DNA of 63,703 nucleotides, the filler included, from Chiloscyllium plagiosum (Eukaryota), in assembly GCF_004010195.1 (NCBI RefSeq). It is 3 parts of one record of this genome, joined end to end, with 100 filler letters (N's around TTAATTAATTAA, not from the genome) between each part and the next. Parts side by side here need not be neighbours in the genome. Positions count along the whole stretch, not along the records: positions 1 to 14,364 come from NC_057712.1; positions 14,465 to 33,763 come from NC_057712.1; 1 more part is not named here. One strand, 5' to 3'. Positions 13,050-26,040 of the stretch are shown one piece after another (the stretch's first letter is position 1; each line of letters opens with the position of its first letter). The notes under the pieces were generated by a model. That model ran no database searches. It worked only from the letters and a program-made list of their open reading frames with translations, and was not told the DNA's origin. The position numbers and the translations under genes are program-made.

Positions 13050-14050
13050 ACATGCGTATGTACTGCAAGGTCAGCATTTATTTTGTCCCTATTTGCCCTC
13101 AAGTAGGTTATGGTTGCTTGCTTTATTGTGCTGCTGCAGTCCACATGATGTTTTAGGACGGGTACTCTCGGTCTGCTGCCCTCGTTCTGCTGATAGAAAG
13201 TGCTTTTGAATGAACTGTTACTGCAGGTGGTACACATTATGAGCAGCAAGTTTCAGTAGCAGAGGGTAGAGCTGGTGAAGTTGTTGAATGAAGTGTCAGT
13301 CAAGCATGTTGCTGTGTCATTCATGGTGTTAAACATCTTAGTATTGAGGATTGTTGGAGCTTCATTCCAGCCAAATGGAGATTATCCTATCGCTCTTCTA
13401 CTGTGTGTCTTGTAGTTGAGGACAGAGTTTGAGGAGTCAAGGGATGAGATACTTGCACAGAATTCTGAGTCTTCCCATTTATATTGTTGATGTGTTAGGT
13501 TTTTGGCCAATAGTGATCATCAGAATGCTGAGGGGGTAGATTCTGTGAGCTAGTGTTAAGCAGAGGTGGCCCTTTTGGAGTTAGCCATTACTTTGCAAAG
13601 TTTCCTCTGAACTACATGGTTGTACGCATGTGCAAGTGCCAGAAGCATTGACATCCAGTTTGAGACGTTATTACCATGCATGGACTGCATCGAGGAGAAA
13701 CTAATTTGCGGGAATGTTGTTTGTGTGGAATACCATTTACTTGCCAGTTACAGCACAAAGGTTGTCCAGGTTTTACTGCACATGAGCTCAACAGCTTGAG
13801 TATCTGAGGAGTTGTGAACGATCTAGAACATTTACCAGAGACATCCCCCCTTTGGATTTTTTTGTTGGAGGGAAGATCATTGATGGTTGGATTTTAACAA
13901 CCGCAATCGCATTCCTCTGTGCTGAGTAACACTCTAACCAGGGCAGTGCTCTCAACCTAATTCCCATTGATTTCAGTTTCGATCGGGCTTGTTTATGCCA
14001 CAATCAGTAAAATGCTGCTTTGATGTCCAGTGTCATTACTCTCACCGCAC
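13050..14050 (-). mobile_element. Highly decayed LINE RT region
   Basis: Reverse translation KLKSMGIRLRALPWLECYSAQR resembles the LINE RT WLxSYL motif region. Confidence 0.55.
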
Positions 14051-14084
14051 TTCATGTGCAAAAGTGAGCATTTATACGTGGGCT

Positions 14085-14562
14085 TGAGTGTGTATTTGTG
14101 AGAGTGGGTATGTGTGTATGTCTGTGGGTGTGAGTGTGTGTCTGTGTGCCTGTGTGGTGTGAGTGTGTCTGTGTGCATGTGTGTGTCTGTTTGTGTGTAC
14201 AGCTGCATGTCTGTGTGAGATTGTGTATCTGTGTGTATGTATGTGTGAGAATGTTTGTGTGTGCGTGTGTCTGTATATGTGCGTGAGAGAGTGTGTGTCT
14301 GTGTGTGAGTGTGCATGAGAGAGAGTGTGTGTCTGTATGTATGTGTGTGTATGTGTCTGTGTGCNNNNNNNNNNNNNNNNNNNNNNNNNNNNNNNNNNNN
14401 NNNNNNNNTTAATTAATTAANNNNNNNNNNNNNNNNNNNNNNNNNNNNNNNNNNNNNNNNNNNNTGTGTGAGTGTGTGTGTGTGAGAGAGTGAGTGTGTG
14501 TGAGTGTGTGTGTATGTGTGTGAGTGTGTGTGAGTGTGTGTATGTGTGTGAGTGTGTGTGTG
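14085..14562. repeat. Degenerate (TG)n/(GA)n microsatellite spanning a 100-bp scaffold gap (14365-14464)
   Basis: Direct sequence. Confidence 0.95.
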
Positions 14563-16458
14563 CTGTTTGAGGGCTCACGCTGAGCCCACCTTTGACACCA
14601 TTACAGATGACAGCTTATTTATCCTGTAGTTCATCATGGAACGGTTGGTAAGTCCAGGACAATCTGAATGCTTCTCTCATTGATCACCACATAGCTGCAG
14701 CATCTTGTCTGAATAATGACCCTGCTGCAGAAGATGATTTCCTGGAATCAATCTTTCCAGAACCAGGACACAGAGGATTGCCTTTAAAACACAGCATGAT
14801 TCCAGCCTGTACACTGCTCCCACTGTGGGAATGGCTGACATTGAACCAAGGAACCTGGAGGACACAGTTCCACAGCCCGGCCCAGAATGGCCAGAATGGT
14901 GCAGACGTGTTGATGCATATTTTGAAAGGGTCAGGCTAAGATCCTGAGTGTGCAGCCCCTCCACAGGGGAGTGTGACACTCACCAGATTACTGACAGACC
15001 CCTATGATCTGAGGGAATGTCACTGTGGCTGTTTGCCAGTGATCTCATCTGATGTCCAATATCTGCCTTGAACTTGTTTGGAAACCCCAGTTGCTATGGG
15101 AACAGGCAATTAGTAATTTCTGCTTGGTTTTATATGTTTAAAGAATGTGGATGTCACTGGCTAGGTCAGCATTTATTGCCCACCTGCAATTGTCCAGAGG
15201 GCAGGTAAGAGTCAATCAGTTTCCTGTGGGTCTGTTAGATAGGCCTGACTGGGTAAAGGTGGCAGATTTCCTTCCCTGAACGACATTAGTGAATCAGATG
15301 GGTTTTTATGGTAATTGACAGTGGTTACAGGGGCACCAGCACTTTTATTGAACGGAACTGCCCCATCTCCCACCATGGGATTTGAACCCATGTCCCCATA
15401 ACATTGAGCTGGGGTTCTGGATCACAAGTTCAATGATATTGCCACTGGCCATAGTCACTGTTAGTTTCCCTGCAACATGCTCATAAGCAGGCAACTCGAC
15501 CCAGACTTGGTGACTACCCTCTCAGTGCTGGGGTCCTGATGGCTGGTATCAGTAATTTGGGAGTTCACCCAAAAACCAACTGTGACCTATTTCTAAACTC
15601 CCACCCCTAGACTACGCTGAATTAAAGAGGGTAGCAAGTTGAGTTCTCCAAACATAATCACTGCTCTTGCAATAATTCCTAAAAGGAACATGTAACTCAC
15701 ATTCAACTTGAGGGCAACTAGGGGTCACTGTATCAAAATAAGAAGACAGCTATTTAAAAATGAAATGAGGAGACATTGCTTCACTCAAAGGTTTGTAAAC
15801 TTTCAAATTGTTCTACCTGTGAGATTTGAGGATGTTCCATCACTGGTTATAATGAATGTAGGGGATAGAGTGGGCAGGTAGAGCTGGTAGAACATTTAGC
15901 CATACTCTTACCGCAGAGCAGAACCAATCTGAACGGCCTAATGGCTTATTGCCCCTTCGCATTCTCACAGTCAGGCTGCTCAGTGGCTAGTGACAACAGA
16001 TGACAGCTGCTCAACATCCAAACGATGTTATATACCAGCCTACAGCTCTGCTGTCAGGATTTCTCAATCTCAGAAACTTCCTGATTGTAAAATCTCTGTT
16101 AAACTGAATTGGTTTCTTCAGACTCTTTCACACTTACATCTTTGGTGATTTAAAACTATCAGTTCTCAGAATAAAAACAGCCCTTCCACGAGGCACTGCT
16201 GAGTTCAATGTTAAGGCTAAAGTTATAATGTGGGATATTGTGGATTTTGCTGACTCTCTATACATCTGGCAGAATGCTCCATTGAGACCACGCTGAACCC
16301 TCCCACTGTTTCTCATCTCTTTGAAATCTGCATCGATCTGATCAAGCAAGTTTCAGCCCATGGGACAATATTAGAAATCACCTCATGCTGTGTGTATGAG
16401 TCATGTTTAAAGACATCTACCTGAGACACATAGAAATTACCACTCAAGGCTGTAGATA

Positions 16459-16637
16459 AGTCCAAAGATGTGCAGGTTAGGTGAATTGGCCATGCTACAT
16501 TGCCCGTATTATTAGGTAGATTAGTCAGGGGTAAATGGAGGGAAATGGGTCTGGGTGGGTTGCTCTTTGGAGGGTCGGTGTGGACTTGTTGGGCCGAAGG
16601 GCCTGTTTCCACACTGTAGGGAATCAAATCTAATCTT
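16459..16637 (+). mobile_element. 5'-truncated HE1-type SINE
   Basis: agtccaaagatgtgcaggttaggtgaattggccatgct...gggcctgtttccacactgta matches full copies elsewhere in the window. Confidence 0.85.
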
Positions 16638-17385
16638 ACCTGAATTTTGTAAAGCCTGCATTTGAAATATATTTTAATTTGGGATTTGTAGGTTGTGGAT
16701 GCTCCATCATGAATTATGCTTATGGCTGCTTTAGACAGGTATTGTTCTCTCTGAAATGAAGACGTCGTGAACAGAGGATGATAAGTCCTTGGAGGTCAGC
16801 CATTACAGTATTGGATAGTGAAAGAAGTTTCATGAATCTTATGGGTTACTCCTGCTTCTATCTCCCATCTTCTTTTGTTCTTATTTATTAATAAGAAATT
16901 TAACTAAATTAAATTCACTTTCTTTCATCCACCTGTTATTTGAACTGTAGTGATTGACTGTGAGATCCTTGATTGGGGCTGTTAGCCTGGGTCAATCAGG
17001 GAGCTTTGGCTGACAGATGTAAACAGGTCTCCTCATTCTGGGGAGTGGATCTGAGCTGGTTGGCCAGAGCCTGTGTACTCTGCTCATGTCAATAAACGGT
17101 GTCTTGATGATGGGATACCGGCCTCTGTGCAGTTATTTCACTAACCAATGTATGAACTCATTTGTTTCAGATGGTTTGATTTCTCTGTTAAGACATTGTG
17201 CAGGGGAATATCTTAAGCATATTATAATGTTTAGCCATCTTTTTTGATTCAAAATAAAAACATCAGTTAAAATTACAGGTAAGGGTTCTGGCTCTTTTTC
17301 CTCAGTTTAATTCCCACCATCAAAATCAGAGTAGCATACATGCTGCACATAGACATCTGAAAATGTAATCAGATGGAATGTGCAA

Positions 17386-17558
17386 GAGTCATAGAGTCAT
17401 GGAGTCCTTCAGTACAGAGACAGGCCCTTTGACCCAAACTGGGCCATGCCGACCAAACTGTCCATCCACTCTAACCCCATTTCCCTGCACTTGGCCCATA
17501 TCCTTCTAGTACTTTCCTATCCATGTCTTTGTCCAAATACCTTTTAAGTTTTGTTAAT
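17386..17558 (-). mobile_element. CR1 3' end; same element resumes at 18924-19150
   Basis: agagtcatagagtcat tail and cacttggcccatatcc; collinear with the CR1 at 32950-33763 but ~350 bp missing at the interruption. Confidence 0.7.
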
Positions 17559-18825
17559 TCACATTCTCGGTCCATTGCTCAGTGTCAGTAGCTGATCCTG
17601 GTCCTGATCCTGATCCTGATCTTGATCTTGGTCTTGGTCCTGATCCTGGTCCTGATCATGATCCTGATCCTGGTCCTGATCTTGATCCTGGTGCTGATCC
17701 TAGTCCTGTTCCCGGTCCTGATCCTGATTCCGGTCCTGATCCTGGTGCTGATCCTCGTCCCGATCCTGATCCTGGTCCCGATCCTGATCCTGGTGCTGAC
17801 CACTGCAGCTCCTGATGCAACTGGGATAGAGACTCTCTCCGAAGTGGGAGTTGGGATTTGCTATGAAACAGCTGTAGAGAAACAGTACTGACTGTGACAG
17901 ACACACTAACAGCTCCTTGGGTGGGAGGAAGGGAAACAGCACCGTCCTGAACATCCTGATCAGTGTTCAGGAGAAACTGAGTGCATGATCCAAAGGCTAG
18001 AAACAAAACTGTGTTGTAGAATTTCATTCTTGGTTTCCTGATCTTTGTCATTTGATTATATTAATTCAAGTGCGACTGAGAAAATTACTGAATCAATTTT
18101 AATGGGTGTCTAGGCAAGACAGTGTTAGAATTGTTGTCCTCTAAGACCTCAAATGCATTACTTTATATCAAGTCTAAACAGATAAAATGATTGCCTCTCT
18201 AACAACTGTTAAGTGCTTCAATTCTGTTACCTTGGCAACTGGACCTGAAGCATTGTTTTAAACAAAACAAAGTATAGGCCTTGAAAACTGAAAATTTGCC
18301 TTAAATAATCTTGTAAACTTATGGACTAAAGTACTACAAAGGCTTGAAAACATAAAAACACACTGCACTCAAAATAACTGCAGAACGAACTTGGCTTCGA
18401 CAAATTGTCTTCAAAATGCTACTTTGCGAAAAGCAACTTATAATGAAATATAGTAAAATGGAGAATGCACAAATCATATGTCACTAGAAAATTGGAAATC
18501 ATATAATTCTGTCAGCGTGGTAAAGGGGTGCATTTGCAACCTTTGCAGAAATAAATGTGCAAACATTTTGTATTTACTTTCAACAGTTTAGCTCAATTGT
18601 ACACTTCCAATGTCTGTCTAACTGATGCATTTGGTCAAAAACTGAATTAGAAAAGATGCAATCATAAGATTCTAGAGAATACTTAAAATGTTTCACAAAA
18701 GAAATAATTACCTGTCGAGTTTATTTACATTGAGGTTAAGCATATCAGGGCTGCTGTGCGCAGCAAAAAGATAACAACAAATAAATCATTCCTGATGCCT
18801 TATGTACCAATTTTGTGATGCATTC
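17559..18825 (-). repeat. Left arm of 1267-bp inverted duplication
   Basis: Reverse complement of 19255-20521 (paired coordinates sum to 38080); identical ORFs appear on opposite strands; one mismatch noticed (18770/19310). Confidence 0.97.
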
Positions 18826-18831
18826 GTGAAG

Positions 18832-18923
18832 TTTCCTGAAGAAGGGCTCATGCCCGAAACGTCGATTCTCCTGCTCCTTAGATGCTGCCTGACCTGCTGC
18901 GCTTTTCCAGCAACACATTTTCA
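18832..18923 (+). mobile_element. Solo PLE family 1 tail with intact hammerhead motif (18834-18865)
   Basis: CUGAAGA-A-GGGC-UCAU-GCCC-GAAA-CG-UC/GA followed by the same tail as 175-230. Confidence 0.85.
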
Positions 18924-19254
18924 GACCAAAACTGAACACAATGCTCCAAGTGTGGCCTCACAGCGTCCTGTATAACTGCTACATAACTTCCCAACTTCTA
19001 TACTCAGTGCCCTGACTGATGAAGGCCGGTGTGACAAAAGCCTTCTTCACTGCCCTGTCTACCTGGGACTCCACTTCCAGAGAACCATGCACCTGAATTC
19101 CAAGGTCCCTCTGTTCCACTACACTCCTTTAGGCTCTACAATTCATCATGGAGGAAAGTAGAAATGGAAACTGGAATAAAACAGATTGCAGTGGACTTTG
19201 TACATTCAGTTTCTTCACTGAAGTCTACCAAAGCCTCAAACAGAAGCGATACAA

Positions 19255-20521
19255 GAATGCATCACAAAATTGGTACATAAGGCATCAGGAATGATTTATT
19301 TGTTGTTATTTTTTTGCTGCGCACAGCAGCCCTGATATGCTTAACCTCAATGTAAATAAACTCGACAGGTAATTATTTCTTTTGTGAAACATTTTAAGTA
19401 TTCTCTAGAATCTTATGATTGCATCTTTTCTAATTCAGTTTTTGACCAAATGCATCAGTTAGACAGACATTGGAAGTGTACAATTGAGCTAAACTGTTGA
19501 AAGTAAATACAAAATGTTTGCACATTTATTTCTGCAAAGGTTGCAAATGCACCCCTTTACCACGCTGACAGAATTATATGATTTCCAATTTTCTAGTGAC
19601 ATATGATTTGTGCATTCTCCATTTTACTATATTTCATTATAAGTTGCTTTTCGCAAAGTAGCATTTTGAAGACAATTTGTCGAAGCCAAGTTCGTTCTGC
19701 AGTTATTTTGAGTGCAGTGTGTTTTTATGTTTTCAAGCCTTTGTAGTACTTTAGTCCATAAGTTTACAAGATTATTTAAGGCAAATTTTCAGTTTTCAAG
19801 GCCTATACTTTGTTTTGTTTAAAACAATGCTTCAGGTCCAGTTGCCAAGGTAACAGAATTGAAGCACTTAACAGTTGTTAGAGAGGCAATCATTTTATCT
19901 GTTTAGACTTGATATAAAGTAATGCATTTGAGGTCTTAGAGGACAACAATTCTAACACTGTCTTGCCTAGACACCCATTAAAATTGATTCAGTAATTTTC
20001 TCAGTCGCACTTGAATTAATATAATCAAATGACAAAGATCAGGAAACCAAGAATGAAATTCTACAACACAGTTTTGTTTCTAGCCTTTGGATCATGCACT
20101 CAGTTTCTCCTGAACACTGATCAGGATGTTCAGGACGGTGCTGTTTCCCTTCCTCCCACCCAAGGAGCTGTTAGTGTGTCTGTCACAGTCAGTACTGTTT
20201 CTCTACAGCTGTTTCATAGCAAATCCCAACTCCCACTTCGGAGAGAGTCTCTATCCCAGTTGCATCAGGAGCTGCAGTGGTCAGCACCAGGATCAGGATC
20301 GGGACCAGGATCAGGATCGGGACGAGGATCAGCACCAGGATCAGGACCGGAATCAGGATCAGGACCGGGAACAGGACTAGGATCAGCACCAGGATCAAGA
20401 TCAGGACCAGGATCAGGATCATGATCAGGACCAGGATCAGGACCAAGACCAAGATCAAGATCAGGATCAGGATCAGGACCAGGATCAGCTACTGACACTG
20501 AGCAATGGACCGAGAATGTGA
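19255..20521 (+). repeat. Right arm (probable original) of the inverted duplication; contains a 6-bp-period GGATCA/GGACCA array (~20287-20488)
   Basis: Direct sequence comparison with 17559-18825. Confidence 0.97.
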
Positions 20522-20522
20522 G
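20084..20522 (+). pseudogene. Candidate decayed exon encoding a Gly/Ser/Pro-rich tract, one in-frame TGA
   Basis: Acceptor ttttgtttctag, donor gag/gtagaa; frame open except TGA at 20422-20424 within the GGA-TCA array. Confidence 0.35.
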
Positions 20523-20959
20523 GTAGAAATACAAATACTTTGATACCAATGTAGGTTTCTAAAACTTGCAATGAGCTCAGGTCAAACGAAGTCATTACTA
20601 GTCAGTGAACTACCTTGTGATGGAATGGAAATTGGCTCCGATCAATATCCGATCCAGCAATCCTGCAGGAAGTGAATAGGGAATAACAACTGTGCAGTGA
20701 TGTTCAGTGACGGCAATCAGCAGCAAAATAACCAGGTTGTGAAACAATTGCAACAGAAAAGAACACACATCGCTCCAGATAAATATACAACCACCAGATC
20801 AGGGTGAAATATCAAACTTCCAAAGGGTTATACTGAAGTTTGAATTGCTCATCTGGTATACTCTGTTTTAAGCTGCTTACAAAATTAGTGAATTAATGAC
20901 ACATGTGTCTACACCTATCTGTCTGGCATAATTTTATATCTTTTGATAAAGGGGTTAGC

Positions 20960-21605
20960 CATGAGACCACAAAACATTCGATCAGAATTAGGCCATTAAG
21001 CTGTTGAGTCTGCTCCGCCATTCAAACATGGCTGATATATTTCTCAACACCGTTCTTTTATCTTTTCCCCATAAGAATTGATGTGCTCACTAATGAAAAA
21101 CCTAACTATCTTGGTCTTAAATATCTCAATGATTTGGCCTCCACAGCCGTTTGTGGCAATAAACTTCACAGATTCACCACCCTCTGTCTGAAGGAATCCC
21201 TCCTCATCTCAGTTCTAAAGGGTTGTCCCTTCACCCTGAGGCTGTGCTCTTGGGCCCTAGTCTCTTCTACTAGTGGAAACATCTTCTCAATATCCACTGT
21301 ATCCAGGCCTCTCAGTATTCTTTAAGTTTCAATCAGGTCCCCCATACTCTTCTAAATTCCATCAAAAACAGATTGGGAGTCTGCAGATGCTCGTCATGTG
21401 ACAAGTCCTTTATCCCCAGGATCATTCTTGTAAATCTCCCCTGGACCCCCTCCAATGCCAACACATCCTTCTTTAGATACAGGGCCCAGGACTGCTCCCA
21501 ATATTCCAGTCTGACCACAGCCTTATACAGCCTCAGCAGTACATCTCTGCTCCTGTATTCTAGGCCTTTTGAAATGAATGCTAACATTGTATTTGCCTTC
21601 TTAAT
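20960..21605 (-). mobile_element. CR1 LINE 3' fragment
   Basis: LAFISKGLEYRSRDVLLRLYKAVVRLEY...WALYLKKDVLALEGVQGRFTRMI, CR1 ORF2 C-terminal region. Confidence 0.9.
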
Positions 21606-24446
21606 ATTGTAGTGTTATACCTGTATAGTAGATAGTATTGCAGTTTATTTTCAACAGACACGGGCATGATATTATTACTGTGATATAGCATGTGATTGGA
21701 AAGTATGAAAATTTCACACTTTATCTCAACTTAGGTCACTTGAAACATGGCATATTGATGGAAACATACTCTCTTTGTAACTGAATAGCCTGATCTCAGG
21801 CCAGACACTGACGTGCCTGTGAATGTAACAGCTGTATCTCTTAGTGAACAGTAATCAATGTCTGTTACCCACATGATTTTTATGTTACAGGAATTGCTGC
21901 ATTAGATAAATATATCTTGTTTCACACAAAATGCCCAACATTGTGCTAACTGGGGAAGGGCAACTCATGGTCAGCTTGCCAGTGAGTCTCAGGTGCCCCG
22001 AATCAATAAGAAAGTCCATTGTTGAGAATTAGTACACATTTTGCATTTTTATTATCCAATTTTGAACCAGCCTTAGGGTGCACTTAAACTGCAAATGTTG
22101 CTTTAGCTTCACAAGAGTATTGCAGTCATAGATTAAAACTCTCCAGGTTGTTGAGTCACTGGGAAAAGCGTTGCTCACACCAGACAGCTGCTTACATGGT
22201 CTGCCTGTATTTAATGGATGAGAATCCACAGGCAAATGCATCCTTGATGTTTCAATTAGCTGCTGCTGTTTACAGAATATCTCTGTAAAGCAATGATAAC
22301 CACTTGGATCTGTGTCAGGGCATAACCTCATATGATCTGATACCAGAATTAGAGAGAGAGAGAGAGAGAGACTCTTCATAGCGTGCAATCCCATTCTGCT
22401 TCCTAACAGGGTCAGTTCAAGCCCTACACACGCCCTAATTTTGACATCAGTACGATGCTGATTCACCTTGGTTTCAACACTAAACTTCAGAGTGTACACA
22501 CATTGCAGGACACATTGAGTAAAGGTTTTGTAAATCCGACTCTGCTGTCTGAGCCAATCTTACCTCCAAGCTGTGTATGTGCATGAATTAGCAGCAATCT
22601 GGGAAGGTTCTAGTAGGCAACACATGGCTTTATTTCATTCAGGATGCCATATATAAAAACAAATTTACAAACCTGCTGTGCAGTGCCTGGTGGAATAAGC
22701 TCAAGGAGTCAAATGCTCTGACCTCATACACTTGAGTGTTGAAATTAGTATTAAAAGTCCATTTGCTATGAGAACTGCCAAAGAATAATCAATTGCTCAG
22801 AAAACATCAGCAACAGGCTCTCCATGCACAGTGTTTTGTACATCAGCCTCCAGAACATCTCAGCTATCCCTGTCGAGCTGACAGCAGAACACTATTAATG
22901 CCCCAAATCATTAGTTACCCAGCAGAGGGAGTGTAATCTGATCACATGCCTCCACCTCACTAAGGCTCCTCACAAATATGGCATGGTTGAATTTGAGAGG
23001 GGAGAAATTGAAATCTATGATGTTGTGCTCAGGTATCATGTGCTTTTTTTTTGTACATCCGCTATTTGTGGCTCACTAGCTGCAAGTGACCTGAAACAGC
23101 TATGTAAAGCGAACTAGACATCCAGACTAGGGTCCTTCAGCCTGAGCCAAAATCCTCCTTCAGTTTGAAACAGCAATTTATCATCTGGCTTCAGAGGATG
23201 ATGCTCGCCATTAATCTTATTACAAATATTAGCCAGGATTTCATTGTGCTATGGACCAATTAAGGAGTAAAATAAAAGACAAATAAGATTTTTATGCCAA
23301 ATAAGTTGTATTTTAAGTTTTAGTTTCAATAGCATAAAGATCAGAAATACGACAAAGATTATTGTTTGCAAATACATAGGATCAGAAGCAGTCTATTCAA
23401 TCCATTTTCTGCCATTCAGTTTGATTATGATTGATTTCTCCCTGAGCTCCATTTACCTACATTTTAATCCATAGCCTTGATACCCTACCTAATTCAAACC
23501 TATTTAAAGCCTTATGGGGGAAGAGAGAGTTACAGATTTCTGCCAAAATTGTTTCCTGGGGCAGAATTCTACAGGAGTTTGAATGACGTGGGATCTGGTA
23601 AGATTTGCAACAGAATGCCATTAGACATCCAGCTAAAGCCTATCTTGACATTGGACACCCGGCACTAACAGCTCAGGGCACACTCTATGGCACCAGCCAC
23701 ATGCAACCCACTTCTCTGGCCATTGGCAACTGCTTTGTGCTAGTATCTAACAACCCTCATGACTAAACTCTGATCCATTTACAGGATGCTCCTGCCCTTC
23801 AATGCTGTCCCTCGGGTTGCCCAGGTTACTCTCACTGTAACACTGCAGAAAGGACACCTTGTGCTCATGGACAAACCCCCCCTACCCCTTACCCACTCCC
23901 CCCCCCCCCCACACTGCCACTCCAGCTCAGGGACTGTCTGCTCACTGAATGCTCACAGTTATCCCTGCCTGCCCTGCCTTGTCTTGCCCCCCTCAGCCAG
24001 AGCTTCCAAGCTTGGAGGAACAGGAGGAGGGCATTCATCCATCAACTCCGCCTGCCATTCGCTACAATCGTGGCTGATGAAAACCCTTCTATGCCTTTTA
24101 CCCCCCCCACACCCTCCCATTCCTCTTTTCACATAATGCTGCCGGTAATCAGAAAACACACAAAGTCTGAGCTTCCACATATTTCCAAAATGAGGTGGAG
24201 AATTCCAAAGGTTCACAACTCTCTCAGTAAAAGCATTTGTCATCATTTGAAACTAAATGGCACCTCCCTTGTTTTTAAATTGTATCTCCTGGTGTAGAGT
24301 TCCCAATTAGGGAACCATTTTGGCTGCATTGATCCTGTCTATCCTTTTCAGTATTTTGTAAGTTTCACTGAGATCACCTCTCATTCTTCGAATAAAAGGC
24401 CCAGTTTGCCCAACCCCTCTTCATAGGAATGTTCTGCTGTCATTGA

Positions 24447-26040
24447 ACATAGCATCAGTACAGCACAGGAACAGGCCCTTCAGCACACCATGTCTGTGGT
24501 GATCTTGATGCCATTCCAAACTAATCCCACTTACCTGTACATAGTCCGTATCACTTTGTTCCCTGCCTTCTCATGTTTCTGTCTAAATGTCTCTGAAATA
24601 TTGTCACCTCATTTGTTGCTACCACCTCCCCTAACTGCATGTTTCAGGTACCTACTACCCTCTGTGTAAAAAACTTGTCTCTCACATCTCCTTTAAACTT
24701 TCCCCCCCATCACCTTAAACCTATTCCCCCTCATATTTGACATTTTCACTCAGCGAAAAAGACTCTGACTAACTACCCTATCAATGCTGCTCATAATTTT
24801 ACATATTGCTATCAGGTTGCCCCTCAGCCTCTGATGTTCAGGTGAAAGCAAATCAAGTTGTCTGATCTCTCCTTGTAGCAAATACACTCCAATCTTGGCA
24901 ATATCCTAGTAAACATTTTTTGCCCCTTCTCCAAAGCTCCATGCCATTCCTACAGTGTGGTGACCAGGACTGCACACAATACTCCAAATGTGGCTAACCT
25001 AAAGTTTTTACCGCTACAACATGACTTGTCAATTTTTATCCTCCTGATTGATGAAGGCAAGCATACCATTTGCCTTCTTTATTATCTTATCCACTTGTTT
25101 TGGAAGTTTCAGAGAGCTTTGGCCTTGGGACCGCAAGATCCATCTGTATATTAATGCTCATTAAGATTTTGCCATTAACTGTACACTTTCCTTTTGCATT
25201 TGACCTCCCAAAATACAAAACCTCACACTTGTCTGGATTAAGATTCACACAGCACCATGTTATAGTCCAACAGGTTTAATTAGAAGCACTAGCTTTCAGA
25301 GCGCTGCTGATGAAGGCAACCAGCTGATGAAGGAGCAGCGCTCTGAAAGCTAGTGCTTCCAAATAAACCTGTTGGACTACAACCTGGTGTTGTGTGATTT
25401 TTAACTTTGTACACCCCAGTTCAACACCAGCACCTCCAAATCTTGTCAGGGTTAAACTGTGCCCAATTCTGCTCAATTTTCCAATATATATTCTGGTGTA
25501 TGCATTGATGACCTTTTTCATTATCCACAACTCCACCAAGTTTCATGTTGTCTGCAAACTTACTTATTAGACCACCTATATTTTCACCAAAGTAATTGAT
25601 GTATATGTATACACATAAACAACAGTGCTTCTTCTGCTGCTCCTTTCAGAATGTCACTGGGCACAGATCTGAGTCAGAAAAATACCCCTCCACAACTACC
25701 CTCTGTCTTATATGCCAAGCCAATTTTGTATTCAACTTACCAACTCTCTGCGGATCCGTGATTTAATCTTCTCGATCAGCCTATATTGAGAGACCTTGTC
25801 AAATGCTTTTGTAAAGTTCATGTAGACAATATTGATCCCTCTGCCCTCGTCAATCATCTTTGTCACATCCTCAAAAAACTCAATCACTTTTGAGAGACAA
25901 GATGACCCCCCCCGCCACACTGTATAAATCCATGCTGACTATCTCTAATACGTCACATCTTTTCCAAATGCAAATAAACCTGGTCCCTAAGAATCTTCTC
26001 CAATAATTTCCCTACCACTGATGTAAGGCTGAAATATCCC
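24447..26040 (-). mobile_element. Decayed CR1 LINE (RT to 3' tail), interrupted by a PLE fold-back
   Basis: IEFFEDVTKMIDEGRGINIVYMNFTKAFDKV RT motif; tail acagcacaggaacaggccctt. Confidence 0.85.
25243..25441. mobile_element. Head-to-head PLE family 2 tails with hammerhead motif (25321-25355)
   Basis: 25245-25308 is the reverse complement of ~25334-25397; CUGAUGA-A-GGAGC-AGC-GCUCU-GAAA-GC-UA/GUG. Confidence 0.8.

Noticed and set aside
13993..14316. His/Thr-rich ORF (also 31937-32450)
   Set aside because: Translation of CA/TG microsatellite
14365..14464. TTAATTAATTAA palindrome embedded in Ns (also 33764-33863)
   Set aside because: Both are exactly 44 N + 12 nt + 44 N = 100 bp, so a synthetic scaffolding spacer rather than biology
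17582..17954. Overlapping repeat-protein ORFs (DPGP, RIRT, ILVL, QDQD)
   Set aside because: By-product of a stop-poor 6-bp-period repeat present twice because of the inverted duplication
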